Below are positions 31,951 to 41,154 of a DNA stretch of 64,000 nucleotides, piece by piece. A program made the translations under genes and the position numbers. Position 1 is the stretch's first letter, and each line of letters starts with the position of its first letter. Source of the DNA: Bacteroidota bacterium. Lineage in GTDB: Bacteria; Bacteroidota; Bacteroidia; Bacteroidales; FEN-979. The stretch covers positions 97,651-161,650 of the forward strand of contig JBDROF010000018.1 of assembly GCA_043810345.1 (NCBI GenBank), in the 5' to 3' direction. Below the pieces are notes generated by a model. That model ran no database searches and had not been told where the DNA came from. It saw only the letters and a list, made by a program, of their open reading frames with translations.

Positions 31951-33312
31951 ATGACCACCAAGAGGTTACTTCTTGTTTCAGCCAACCGTTTCGCGGTCCC
32001 CTATCCGGTCTATCCGTTAGGTATCTCTTACCTGCTCTCATACCTGCAGGACCGCCTGGAGGGTTTCGAGATCCTGGTATTCGACCTGAACCTCCATGGT
32101 GAAGAGGAATTTACCGACTTTCTGAGATACCATAATCCTGATTTCACTGGCGTTTCGCTTCGGAACGTAGATGATGTCAGTTCCTTTTCGCGGGAGTTTT
32201 TCCTGACAGGATACAAAGAGATCATCGACCTGATCCGGAAAACCCTTCCGGAAACAATGCTGATCATCGGGGGTTCTGCCTTCTCTATTTTCCCTGAGGA
32301 GCTGTTTGCCTATTTTCAGCCAGATTTTGGCATTTACGGAGAGGGCGAAGAGAGCCTTTATAAGCTGTTGACCAGCATCCGTGATAGAGTCCCTGTCTAT
32401 GCAATCGAAGGCCTTGTATACCAAAACGGTAACCAGATTGTAGTGAATCCAAGGAACCATTACCTCCGTTCACTCGACCTCTTCTTTTCCGGTAATCTGA
32501 TCCAGTTCTATTGGGAAAAAAGTGGTATGATGAACCTCCAGACCAAGAGAGGTTGCCCCTATGAGTGCATCTACTGTACCTACCCTCTGATTGAGGGCAG
32601 GAAGGTGAGGACACTGGACCCGGATAAGATCGTGGAGAGCCTGAAAGATCTCTATTTCAACAACCAGATCAACTACATCTTTTTTACCGATTCGGTCTTC
32701 AACATCGACCGGAAATTTAACCTTACGCTTGCCCGCAAGATCCTGAAGTCGGGTATCAAGATCCAGTGGGGAGCCTATTTCTCTCCCCATAACATGGCTC
32801 TGGAGGAACTCAAATTGTTTGCAGAATCTGGACTCACTCACATCGAATTTGGAACAGAATCACTTTCAGACAGTACACTGAAACAATACCGGAAACATTT
32901 TACTGTAAACGAGATCGTTGAGGTCTCAGATATGTGTAATGAAGCTGGAATCTATTTCGCCCATTTCCTGATACTTGGTGGTTATGGCGAAACAGAGAAC
33001 AGCATCAACGAGGGATTTGAGAACTCGAAACGGATTACAAACTCTGTCTTTTTTCCCTATGTTGGAATGCGGATCTACCCAGGTACCAGGTTGTATGAAT
33101 TGGCGGTGTCGGACGGAACCATTGATCCGGAAGACAAACTGATTGAGCCAGCCTATTACCTCGCTGATCATATTGACTACGGGAGCCTGAAGGAGCGTGC
33201 TGAACAAACAGGCAGAAGGTGGGTATTCACGGACGAGGATGTAGTGACCTTCATGAACAGATTGAGAGCACGGAACAGAAAAGGATCATTATGGCACCAT
33301 TTGAAAAAATAA
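31951..33312 (+). CDS. B12-binding-domain radical SAM enzyme (#1)
   Basis: 453 aa from ATG 31951. N-terminal Rossmann-like B12-type region (RLLLVSAN..PYPVYPLGISYL..GVSLRNVDDV..IIGGSAFSIFPEE..GEGEE). Radical SAM motif QTKRGCPYECIYCTYP. It is clearly paralogous to 58699-60141. Confidence 0.88.
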   Translation: MTTKRLLLVSANRFAVPYPVYPLGISYLLSYLQDRLEGFEILVFDLNLHGEEEFTDFLRYHNPDFTGVSLRNVDDVSSFSREFFLTGYKEIIDLIRKTLPETMLIIGGSAFSIFPEELFAYFQPDFGIYGEGEESLYKLLTSIRDRVPVYAIEGLVYQNGNQIVVNPRNHYLRSLDLFFSGNLIQFYWEKSGMMNLQTKRGCPYECIYCTYPLIEGRKVRTLDPDKIVESLKDLYFNNQINYIFFTDSVFNIDRKFNLTLARKILKSGIKIQWGAYFSPHNMALEELKLFAESGLTHIEFGTESLSDSTLKQYRKHFTVNEIVEVSDMCNEAGIYFAHFLILGGYGETENSINEGFENSKRITNSVFFPYVGMRIYPGTRLYELAVSDGTIDPEDKLIEPAYYLADHIDYGSLKERAEQTGRRWVFTDEDVVTFMNRLRARNRKGSLWHHLKK

Positions 33313-33707
33313 ATATCCCTCAGAAACCACCCATGGTGATGGTGGATAAACTCATCACGGTAGCCAACGGGATTGTGGAAACCACATTTCTAATCCGGGA
33401 AGATAACCTCTTTTGCGATCACGGCCTGTTTACCGAAGCAGGATTGGTTGAAAACATGGCCCAAACCGCTGCGGCAGGGGTGGGGAGCAAACCTTCCCTC
33501 GCAGGGAATGAACCTCCGGTAGGTTTCATCGGAGGGATCCGGAACCTGAAGATTATACGTTTCCCGGCTACTGGGGATGAACTCTTCACGAGGATTAGCG
33601 TTGAACACGAAGTTTTTGAAGCCTTAGTAGTGCAGGGTGAGGTGTTTCTGAACGACCAGCTCATTGCCTCCTGTCAACTAAAGTTATTTCTCATGCGACC
33701 AAGATAA
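33291..33707 (+). CDS. Hotdog-fold protein, FabA/FabZ-like dehydratase of the aryl-polyene-cluster type
   Basis: 138 aa. PPMVMVDKL...LFCDHGLFTEAGLVENMAQTAAA...GFIGGIRNLKI. The start is uncertain (ATG 33291 overlaps the rSAM gene by 22 nt; ATG about 33333 is the alternative). Confidence 0.7.
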   Translation: MAPFEKINIPQKPPMVMVDKLITVANGIVETTFLIREDNLFCDHGLFTEAGLVENMAQTAAAGVGSKPSLAGNEPPVGFIGGIRNLKIIRFPATGDELFTRISVEHEVFEALVVQGEVFLNDQLIASCQLKLFLMRPR

Positions 33708-33748
33708 TTTTTTTAATTTCGCACCGCATTAACAAAATTTGTAAAATC

Positions 33749-34147
33749 ATGGAAGAACAGAAGTTTGACTATAAGTACAAGGATCCGGAACACGGACATT
33801 ACAAAGAACTCTTCTATTCATATGATAAAGACGGTAAATACGATAAACGGGTCCGGTTTCATGACGACTCTGACCGGATCTTTATTGAACAGTTTTGGGA
33901 CAGCCAGAATGCCCGGATCGAAGCAGCACGACAGAATGTTTTGTCGGGGAAAAAGAGCCCAGTTTATTATTACATGGAGAAAAACCTGCTGGATGTAATG
34001 AGTTTGAGCATGCAGGCAAAGATTTCACTCTGGCGCGTCAAGCTTCATTTCAAACCACGTCTCTTCAGGCGGTTGAGTGAAAAAACACTGGCGAAATATG
34101 CCGAAGCCTTTAACATTACGGTTGCACAATTAAAAAATATCGAATAA
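33749..34147 (+). CDS. Hypothetical protein, possible C-terminal helix-turn-helix
   Basis: 132 aa with good coding look. The C-terminal LSEKTLAKYAEAFNITVAQLKNIE resembles an XRE-type HTH. No family was recognised. Confidence 0.55.
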   Translation: MEEQKFDYKYKDPEHGHYKELFYSYDKDGKYDKRVRFHDDSDRIFIEQFWDSQNARIEAARQNVLSGKKSPVYYYMEKNLLDVMSLSMQAKISLWRVKLHFKPRLFRRLSEKTLAKYAEAFNITVAQLKNIE

Positions 34148-34165
34148 CTGGAAATCGGAAAATTT

Positions 34166-35185
34166 ATGGAACAGTCAACGATCATGATCGACTATACCCA
34201 CCACCAGGCAGGCCATTGTGAGAGTGGAACCACTTCAAACCTCTTTAAGCATTATGGAATGGATATCTCGGAGCCCATGGCTTTCGGAATAGGGAACGGA
34301 TTGTATTTCAGCTATATACCATTTTTAAAAATCCAGTATGCGCCGATGATCTCATTCCGGAACATACCCAATACAATATTCCGCAGGGGAACCAACCGGC
34401 TGGGAGCAGATGCCATCGTTATCAAAAAATTCAAAACCCCAAAAGAGTCGATGGATGCCCTTGACCGCAACCTGGAAAAAGGAGTTCCGACGGGGCTGCA
34501 GGTGGGTGTTTTTAATCTCACCTTCTTCCCCCCGGAATACCGCATGCAATATAATATGCACAACATGGTTGTGTACGGAAAAGAGGGAAATATCTATCAT
34601 GTCAGTGACACCGTGCTGGAAAAACCTCAGACCATATCTTATGATGACCTGCAGCGGGTTCGCTGGGCAAAAGGAGCGTTTGCACCAAACGGAAAGATGT
34701 ATTGGATCAACCAGGTGAATAAAAACATAGATCTTAGAAAAGCGGTCACTGATGGGATTGCCAAAACTGTTTATGAGATGATCAAGGTTCCTTTCCCCCT
34801 GATTGGCACCAAAGGAATGCGTTTCATGGCCAAAGATCTGAGGAAGTGGCCGAAAAAACACGGAAAAGAAAAAGCCTCTTTTTACCTGGGGCAAATTCTG
34901 AGAATGGCTGAAGAGGTTGGTTCCGGGGGTGCCGGTTTCCGGTTTATCTATGGTGCCTTCCTGAAAGAGGCGGGAGAAAAATTTAACAATCCGGACCTCC
35001 TGGAAGCGTCGGAGATGATGGGAATGGCGGCAAATAAATGGAGAGAGTTCTCTTACATTGGCGCACGTAACTGCAAGAGCAGATCAGAACCAACCGAAGA
35101 TTATGGGATGCTGGGAGATATGCTTAATGAGATCTCCTATATGGAAGAGAAGGTCTATAAAAAACTCGATAAAATCAAGATCTGA
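34166..35185 (+). CDS. BtrH-like (butirosin BtrH N-terminal domain + DUF4872-like) papain-fold protein
   Basis: 339 aa. N-terminus HHQAGHCESGTTSNLFKHYGMDISEPMAFGIGNGLYFSY matches my recollection of the BtrH_N pattern (H..HC....... G..lSE...fG.G.G). Confidence 0.7.
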   Translation: MEQSTIMIDYTHHQAGHCESGTTSNLFKHYGMDISEPMAFGIGNGLYFSYIPFLKIQYAPMISFRNIPNTIFRRGTNRLGADAIVIKKFKTPKESMDALDRNLEKGVPTGLQVGVFNLTFFPPEYRMQYNMHNMVVYGKEGNIYHVSDTVLEKPQTISYDDLQRVRWAKGAFAPNGKMYWINQVNKNIDLRKAVTDGIAKTVYEMIKVPFPLIGTKGMRFMAKDLRKWPKKHGKEKASFYLGQILRMAEEVGSGGAGFRFIYGAFLKEAGEKFNNPDLLEASEMMGMAANKWREFSYIGARNCKSRSEPTEDYGMLGDMLNEISYMEEKVYKKLDKIKI

Positions 35186-35187
35186 TC

Positions 35188-35940
35188 ATGAGTGAAGAGT
35201 CCATCATCGGGATTCGGGATCTGACCAAGTATTACAAAGGGGCTGACGAACCGGCAATCAATCATATTTCACTCGATATTTTCAAAGATGAGATCTTTGG
35301 CTTACTGGGTCCAAACGGAGCTGGGAAAACAACCACCATCTCTATCCTTTGCGGTCTCTTTCCTCCCACTGAAGGAAGGGTTACCATCGACGGGCTTGAT
35401 ATCCGTTCCAACCATGAGAAGATCAAGCACATCATCGGAATCGTGCCACAGGATGTAGCTCTCTATCCTACACTGACCGGCCAGGAGAACCTTCAGTTCT
35501 TTGGCAATATGTACGGGCTGAGAGGGAACGCGCTGAAAGAACGCATCGGTGAGTACCTGGTCCGGTTTGGCCTGGAGAAATTCGCACGGAAACTGGTTTC
35601 CACATATTCCGGAGGAATGAAACGCCGGGTCAACCTGATTGCCGGGTTGTTGCACAAGCCCAGGATTCTCTTCCTGGATGAACCCACTGTTGGGATCGAT
35701 GTGCAGTCGCGCAATGTGATCCTTGAGTTCCTGCACGAACTGCGGAGAACCGGTACTACGATCATCTATACCTCGCACTATATGGAAGAGGCGGAGAAAC
35801 TTTGCAACCGCGTTGCAATCATAGACCAGGGAAAGATCATTGCCATAGGAAACCCTAAAGAGTTGGTTGCCCAGAATCCGGAATTCAAAAACCTGGAAAC
35901 TCTGTTTCTGGGATTGACAGGGAAAGATCTAAGGGACTAA
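35188..35940 (+). CDS. ABC transporter ATP-binding protein
   Basis: 250 aa. Walker A GPNGAGKTT, signature YSGGMKRR, Walker B ILFLDEPTVGID. Confidence 0.93.
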   Translation: MSEESIIGIRDLTKYYKGADEPAINHISLDIFKDEIFGLLGPNGAGKTTTISILCGLFPPTEGRVTIDGLDIRSNHEKIKHIIGIVPQDVALYPTLTGQENLQFFGNMYGLRGNALKERIGEYLVRFGLEKFARKLVSTYSGGMKRRVNLIAGLLHKPRILFLDEPTVGIDVQSRNVILEFLHELRRTGTTIIYTSHYMEEAEKLCNRVAIIDQGKIIAIGNPKELVAQNPEFKNLETLFLGLTGKDLRD

Positions 35941-35967
35941 GCATTTGAAGGAAAACAATTTAATTAA

Positions 35968-36115
35968 CAATAAATGCCAAATCACAATTAACAAATTTCA
36001 AATAAATCCCAAATTCTAAATCCCAATGATCTAAAACATATGAGAACTGATGTTTGAAATTTTGAACATTGGAGTTTGGTTGTTATTTGTTATTTGGTGC
36101 TTGATATTTGTTAAT
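35968..36115. repeat. AT-rich imperfect palindrome (about 45-nt arms) separating the ABC ATPase and permease genes
   Basis: The left arm aattaacaaatttcaaataaatcccaaattctaaatcccaatg compares with the reverse complement of the right arm, attaacaaatatcaagcaccaaataacaaataacaaccaaactccaatg. The core ..cccaatg/cattgga.tttgg is shared with 60157-60286. Confidence 0.7.
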
Positions 36116-36129
36116 CAAATATTCCCGGT

Positions 36130-37431
36130 TTGTTTAAATTTTTCGCCGCTTATCGAAAAGAATGGTTGATCCTGATCCGGGACCCGGCCGGACTGGTACT
36201 CCTGTTCCTGATGCCTATGGTCATGGTGGTGATCCTCTCCATGGTCCAGGAATTCGGCTGGAGCACCATTTCTAAAGAGCCCCAGGTGCCGGTATTGTTT
36301 GTAAATACCGACCTGGACTCTGTAGGGAACAAGTTTCAACAGGGATTAACAGAAGCTAAAATATTCACTCTGATCTCTCAACTGGATTCTGTACCCGTAA
36401 CCCAGGAAGTTGCCCGCCAGAAAGTCCTTGATGGGGAGTATCAGATTGCTGTGATCATCCCCGAACGCACTTCTGAACGTATCAGGGCTAAAATCAGACT
36501 GCTGGTTAATAAAACGATGATGAGCCTGATGATGCCCGACCAGAATCTCCTGGCTGGAGTGACCAATACAGACTCGGTGGAGGTGATCATCTATTTTGAT
36601 CCCGCCGTAAGAAATTCGTTCCGGAATGCGTTTCTAAGTTCCACCCGGGAATTCAATTCAAAGATTGAATCCCGGATGATCTTTGAGACCTTCCAGGAGG
36701 AACTGCGGAAACTCTTTCCTGGTTTTAATATGCCGGTGATCGATTATGAATCGTCTGTCTACTTCAAGGAAATCTTTCCGTCAGGCGTTGAAGAGGAGAT
36801 CCTTCCGTCAACCACACAGCATAATGTCCCCTCCTGGGCCATCTTTGCCATGTTTTTCATCGTGGTGCCTCTCACCAGCAGCATCATCAAAGAACGGGAA
36901 GAGGGGAGTCTGATCCGGCTCATGACCATTCCCGTTACATATATGACCATATTCATGGCTAAAGTCGGTGTGTACCTGATCGTCTGCTTTATTCAGTTCA
37001 TGCTGATGGTGCTTGCCGGGATATACGTGCTTCCGTTGTTCAACATGCCCCCTCTGGAGGTGGGCACCAATTACCTGGCTATTGCCATTATGACAATCGT
37101 ATCGAGCCTTGCTGCATTAGGATATGGGATTCTCCTTGGAACCCTTTCCAAAACCCATCAGCAGGCTGCTGCATTCGGGTCTGTCTCCATTGTAGTACTG
37201 GCAGCCATGGGCGGACTATGGGTACCGGTCTACCTGATGGGTTCCTTGATGAGGCATCTGGCCGCCTTCTCTCCGCTGAACTGGGCTCATGCGGGGTTTC
37301 TTGACATCTTCCTCAGGGGTAGCTCCCTGATGGATGTACTACCAGAGATCATCAAACTTCTTATCTTTTTTACTGTTACCATCGCCATTGCAGCTATCTA
37401 CCGGACACTTAAACCCCCAATCAGCACGTGA
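36130..37431 (+). CDS. ABC-2 type transporter permease
   Basis: 433 aa. One N-terminal TM, a large extracytoplasmic loop, then 5 C-terminal TMs (classic ABC-2 layout). TTG start at 36130 as in the track. Confidence 0.85.
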   Translation: MFKFFAAYRKEWLILIRDPAGLVLLFLMPMVMVVILSMVQEFGWSTISKEPQVPVLFVNTDLDSVGNKFQQGLTEAKIFTLISQLDSVPVTQEVARQKVLDGEYQIAVIIPERTSERIRAKIRLLVNKTMMSLMMPDQNLLAGVTNTDSVEVIIYFDPAVRNSFRNAFLSSTREFNSKIESRMIFETFQEELRKLFPGFNMPVIDYESSVYFKEIFPSGVEEEILPSTTQHNVPSWAIFAMFFIVVPLTSSIIKEREEGSLIRLMTIPVTYMTIFMAKVGVYLIVCFIQFMLMVLAGIYVLPLFNMPPLEVGTNYLAIAIMTIVSSLAALGYGILLGTLSKTHQQAAAFGSVSIVVLAAMGGLWVPVYLMGSLMRHLAAFSPLNWAHAGFLDIFLRGSSLMDVLPEIIKLLIFFTVTIAIAAIYRTLKPPIST

Positions 37432-37850
37432 ACAAAGATCTTGTAGAACGAACCGAGGTAAAAATCAGGTTTGGGGAAGTGGACTCTATGAAGATCGTCT
37501 GGCATGGAAATTACCTTAAGTATTTTGAAGATGCCCGGGAAGCGTTTGGCGAGCGGTATGGCCTGGGGTATCTGGATGTTTCGAAACACCGGGTCATGAT
37601 CCCAATCGTCAAGGTGCAGTGCGATTTTTTAAAACCGCTTGAATATGGGGGCAGCGCCATTGTTGAGACCAGGTTTGTGAATTCGGAAGCAGCTAAGATC
37701 ATTTTTGAATACAAGCTATTCAGGAAATCTGATATGGAACTGGCTGCCACTGGCAGTTCAGTGCAGGTTTTCCTTACTCCCGATGGGGAACTGTTACTCA
37801 CAACCCCGGAGTTCTTTATCGGGTGGAAAAAACATTGGGGTCTTATCTGA
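37428..37850 (+). CDS. Acyl-CoA/acyl-ACP thioesterase, 4HBT (YbgC-like) hotdog family
   Basis: 140 aa. VKIRFGEVDSMKIVWHGNYLKYFEDAREAF. The GTG start overlaps the permease stop (GTGA). Confidence 0.85.
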   Translation: MNKDLVERTEVKIRFGEVDSMKIVWHGNYLKYFEDAREAFGERYGLGYLDVSKHRVMIPIVKVQCDFLKPLEYGGSAIVETRFVNSEAAKIIFEYKLFRKSDMELAATGSSVQVFLTPDGELLLTTPEFFIGWKKHWGLI

Positions 37851-37851
37851 C

Positions 37852-39033
37852 ATGCAGGTTATGCAACCAGTGTATATCGTCAGCGACAACATCATCACTT
37901 CCCTTGGAGCCACCACTACCCAGAATATGGAGGCGTTGAAGGCCGGACACATCGGGATCAGTATGCAATCGGATCCACTCCTTTTTCCGTCACCGGTTCC
38001 GCTCTCCCTGGTTAACACCGGGATGCTGGAGGAGGAGTTCCAGGCGATCCTGGAACACTATAAAAAGAAGATCGATCCCATGGACTTTACCCGTCTGGAG
38101 AAACTTTTCATCATGTCAATTCATGAAGCCATCTGTAAGCTTTCATACAACTTCAAGAGTCGGAAGACACTCTTCGTCCTATCCACGACAAAAGGGAATA
38201 TTGACCTGTTGGAGGCGAGGCATCAGGGAGGCTTCCATCATCACCGGATCTTTTTATGGGAGATGGCCCGGATCGTGGGTGATTTCTTCGAGTTTTTCCA
38301 TCCCCCATTGATCGTCTCCAATGCCTGTATCTCCGGCATTATGGCGCTGCTGACCGCCTTCCGGTATCTGCGGACAGGCGCTTACGACCATGCAGTCGTG
38401 AGCGGCGGAGATATCCTCACAGAGTTTGTGATCTCAGGATTTCAATCCTTTCAATCACTCAGTCCTACCCCCTGTCGTCCTTACGATACCGGTCGTGACG
38501 GACTCTCCCTGGGTGAGGGAGCCGGTACCATAGTGTTGACCACCGGGATGGAAAACAAACCTTCAAACCAGGTGAAGGTGACCGGAGCAGCCACTTCCAA
38601 TGATGCAAACCACATTTCCGGGCCTTCCCGTACCGGGGAGGAGCTTAGTTTTGCTATCTGCAATGCCATGCAGGAGGCAGATCTGTCCTCCAGTGAAATC
38701 GGGTTTATCAATGCCCACGGAACTGCTACCCCATTCAATGACGAGATGGAGTCGAAAGCCATCGTTCTGGCCGGTTTGACGGAGGTGCCAGTGAACAGTT
38801 TCAAAGGATTCTGGGGCCATACCCTGGGCGCAGCCGGACTGATAGAGTCGGTAGCCGCTATCCATGCATTAAAGGGACAACAACTGATCAGGTCGGCAGG
38901 ATTTGAATCCCTGGGAGTACCTGAACCGATCCACGTCATTGCCAACAACGAAGAGAAACAAATGAAAAGCTGCCTGAAGACCGCTTCCGGATTCGGAGGA
39001 TGTAATGCAGCCATCATTTTTGAAAAAGATTGA
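37852..39033 (+). CDS. Beta-ketoacyl synthase (Cys-His-His), short-N-terminus type seen in aryl-polyene/flexirubin clusters
   Basis: 393 aa from ATG 37852 (1 nt after the thioesterase stop). Motifs: VSNACISGIMAL, INAHGTATPFNDEME, FWGHTLGAAGLIES, ASGFGGCNAAIIF. Confidence 0.88.
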   Translation: MQVMQPVYIVSDNIITSLGATTTQNMEALKAGHIGISMQSDPLLFPSPVPLSLVNTGMLEEEFQAILEHYKKKIDPMDFTRLEKLFIMSIHEAICKLSYNFKSRKTLFVLSTTKGNIDLLEARHQGGFHHHRIFLWEMARIVGDFFEFFHPPLIVSNACISGIMALLTAFRYLRTGAYDHAVVSGGDILTEFVISGFQSFQSLSPTPCRPYDTGRDGLSLGEGAGTIVLTTGMENKPSNQVKVTGAATSNDANHISGPSRTGEELSFAICNAMQEADLSSSEIGFINAHGTATPFNDEMESKAIVLAGLTEVPVNSFKGFWGHTLGAAGLIESVAAIHALKGQQLIRSAGFESLGVPEPIHVIANNEEKQMKSCLKTASGFGGCNAAIIFEKD

Positions 39034-39035
39034 AT

Positions 39036-39683
39036 ATGGATCAGGTCATTTCATCATATTCACAGATAAGACCGTTCCAGATCAAGGTCAATGGTCATCT
39101 CGAATTTGATGACAAAAATTTTATTACTTTTGCGGAGTTCATAAAGCCGTTCTTTAAGAGACTCGACTTGCGATACCCGAAATTTTACAAAATGGACTCC
39201 CTGAGCAAGCTTGGGTTTATCTCTGCAGAATTGGTTCTCAGGCAGGTAAACCTCGATCTTTATGATAAGAAACGTGTGGGTATCGTATTGGCGAATGGAA
39301 GCTCCAGTCTGGATACAGACCTGATCCACCAACAAAGTATCAACGACCGTTCGCAATACTTTCCAAGCCCCTCGGTGTTTGTCTACACTCTTCCCAACAT
39401 CATGATCGGGGAGATTTGTATCCGGCACCAGGTAAAAGGGGAAAATACGTTTCTCATCTCAGAAAAATTCGACCACAGGCTTTTGTTCAACTATGTGAAC
39501 GAACTTTTTCAGCACCACCGGGTGGAAGCTTGCCTCGCCGGATGGGTGGAGCTTCTGAAGGAGCAGTTTGAGGCCCTTCTGATGTTCGTTGAACCCGCAG
39601 GAAAAGCAGGTCCGGAGGAAAAAGCAGGGATGATGATCCCTTTCTCCGAAGTGGCAATGGATGAATTATATCAAACAATGTGA
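39036..39683 (+). CDS. KS-N-terminal-like protein without a recognisable active-site Cys (probable non-catalytic KS partner)
   Basis: 215 aa. KFYKMDSLSKLGFISAELVL, GIVLANGSSSLDTD, PSPSVFVYTLPNIMIGEICIRH. It starts 3 nt after the KS stop. Confidence 0.65.
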   Translation: MDQVISSYSQIRPFQIKVNGHLEFDDKNFITFAEFIKPFFKRLDLRYPKFYKMDSLSKLGFISAELVLRQVNLDLYDKKRVGIVLANGSSSLDTDLIHQQSINDRSQYFPSPSVFVYTLPNIMIGEICIRHQVKGENTFLISEKFDHRLLFNYVNELFQHHRVEACLAGWVELLKEQFEALLMFVEPAGKAGPEEKAGMMIPFSEVAMDELYQTM

Positions 39684-39693
39684 CAAGGCAATT

Positions 39694-39951
39694 ATGGAAG
39701 ATTTAATTGAAAAATTGAAGAAGGAAGTGATAGAACAACTGAACCTTGAAGATATATCGCCGGAGGATATTGAAGTAGACTCACCTTTGTTTGGAGAAGG
39801 GCTCGGACTTGACTCGATTGATGCACTTGAACTCATCGTTCTTCTTGAGAAAAATTACGGATTGAAAATTGAAGATCCCAAAGACGGGAAAAAGATATTC
39901 CACTCCATCAGAACGATGGCCGAATACATCACAGAGCCACAAAAAGTCTGA
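39694..39951 (+). CDS. Acyl carrier protein (ACP-2)
   Basis: 85 aa. GEGLGLDSIDALELIVLLE. Confidence 0.9.
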   Translation: MEDLIEKLKKEVIEQLNLEDISPEDIEVDSPLFGEGLGLDSIDALELIVLLEKNYGLKIEDPKDGKKIFHSIRTMAEYITEPQKV

Positions 39952-39954
39952 TGA

Positions 39955-41154
39955 ATGGCCAGGCGGGTTGTGGTAACCGGAACCGGCATCATTTCCAGCC
40001 TTGGCAGGAACCTTCCGGAGACCATCGATTCGATCCTCCACTCCAGATCAGGGATTGGAAAACTTCAACATCTCAATACTCCTCACAAAACAGAGTTCCC
40101 CTTTGCAGAGGTTCCATGGAGCAATGATCAACTGATTGACCTGGCTCAACTAACTGATCTCGTGGGATATTCACGGAACACCCTGCTGGGGGTGATTGCG
40201 GCTCGGGAAGCCTTCAAGCATGCCCGGCTTCCCCATCTTCCACCCCTGAGAACAGGGTTAATCTCTGCTACTACAGTGGGTGGCATGGATAGATGCGAGA
40301 TCTATTACAACGACTTTTTGACCAACGATTCGAAAAACATCTACATCGATGTGTACGATTGTGCCGACAGCACAGAGAAAATTGCTGATACCCTGCAGAT
40401 TCGGGATTATGTAACGACTATTAGCACAGCCTGTTCCTCGGCTGCCAACGCGATTTTACTCGGGGCCAGGATGATCCGCAGTGGTCAGCTTGATCGCGTG
40501 GTTGCCGGAGGCACTGAAGCACTCACCAGCTTTCATGTGAATGGTTTCAATGCGCTTAAGATCCTGGACAAGGTCCCTTGCCGTCCTTTCGATGCCAACC
40601 GGAACGGAATTACCCTGGGTGAAGGGGCTGCCTACCTGGTTCTGGAATCAGAGGAGGCAGCCAGGGAGGGTGACCGGGAGATCTTAGCGGAGTTGACCGG
40701 TTACGGGAACGCATGCGAAGCCTTCCACCAGACTGCCTCATCTCCGGATGGGAAGGGAGCTTTCCTGGCGATGGAGAGGGCTTTGCAGATCAGTGGAACC
40801 GATCAGTCGGAGATCGACTATGTCAACGCACACGGGACAGGGACTGACAACAACGACATTGCTGAAGGAGTTGCCATCGAACGGTTGTTCGGGAAAAGGA
40901 TCCCGAAAGTAAGCTCCACGAAGCCTTTCACAGGTCATATGACCAGCGCAGCCGGATCGGCTGAAGCCATCCTCTCCATCCTCTGTCTCACCCACCGGCT
41001 GATCCTGCCTAACCTGAACTTTAACACCCCCATGCCGGAATTGAACTTTACACCGGAACCAACATTGATACGGGATATCGATGTGAAAACGGTGATGTCC
41101 AATTCCTTTGGATTTGGCGGAAATAATACCACCCTTATTTTCAGGAAAATATGA
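39955..41154 (+). CDS. Beta-ketoacyl-ACP synthase II-type KS (KS-alpha of pair 1)
   Basis: 399 aa. Motifs: ISTACSSAANAILLGARMIRSG, VNAHGTGTDNND, TGHMTSAAGSAEA, SNSFGFGGNNTTLIF. Confidence 0.92.
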   Translation: MARRVVVTGTGIISSLGRNLPETIDSILHSRSGIGKLQHLNTPHKTEFPFAEVPWSNDQLIDLAQLTDLVGYSRNTLLGVIAAREAFKHARLPHLPPLRTGLISATTVGGMDRCEIYYNDFLTNDSKNIYIDVYDCADSTEKIADTLQIRDYVTTISTACSSAANAILLGARMIRSGQLDRVVAGGTEALTSFHVNGFNALKILDKVPCRPFDANRNGITLGEGAAYLVLESEEAAREGDREILAELTGYGNACEAFHQTASSPDGKGAFLAMERALQISGTDQSEIDYVNAHGTGTDNNDIAEGVAIERLFGKRIPKVSSTKPFTGHMTSAAGSAEAILSILCLTHRLILPNLNFNTPMPELNFTPEPTLIRDIDVKTVMSNSFGFGGNNTTLIFRKI

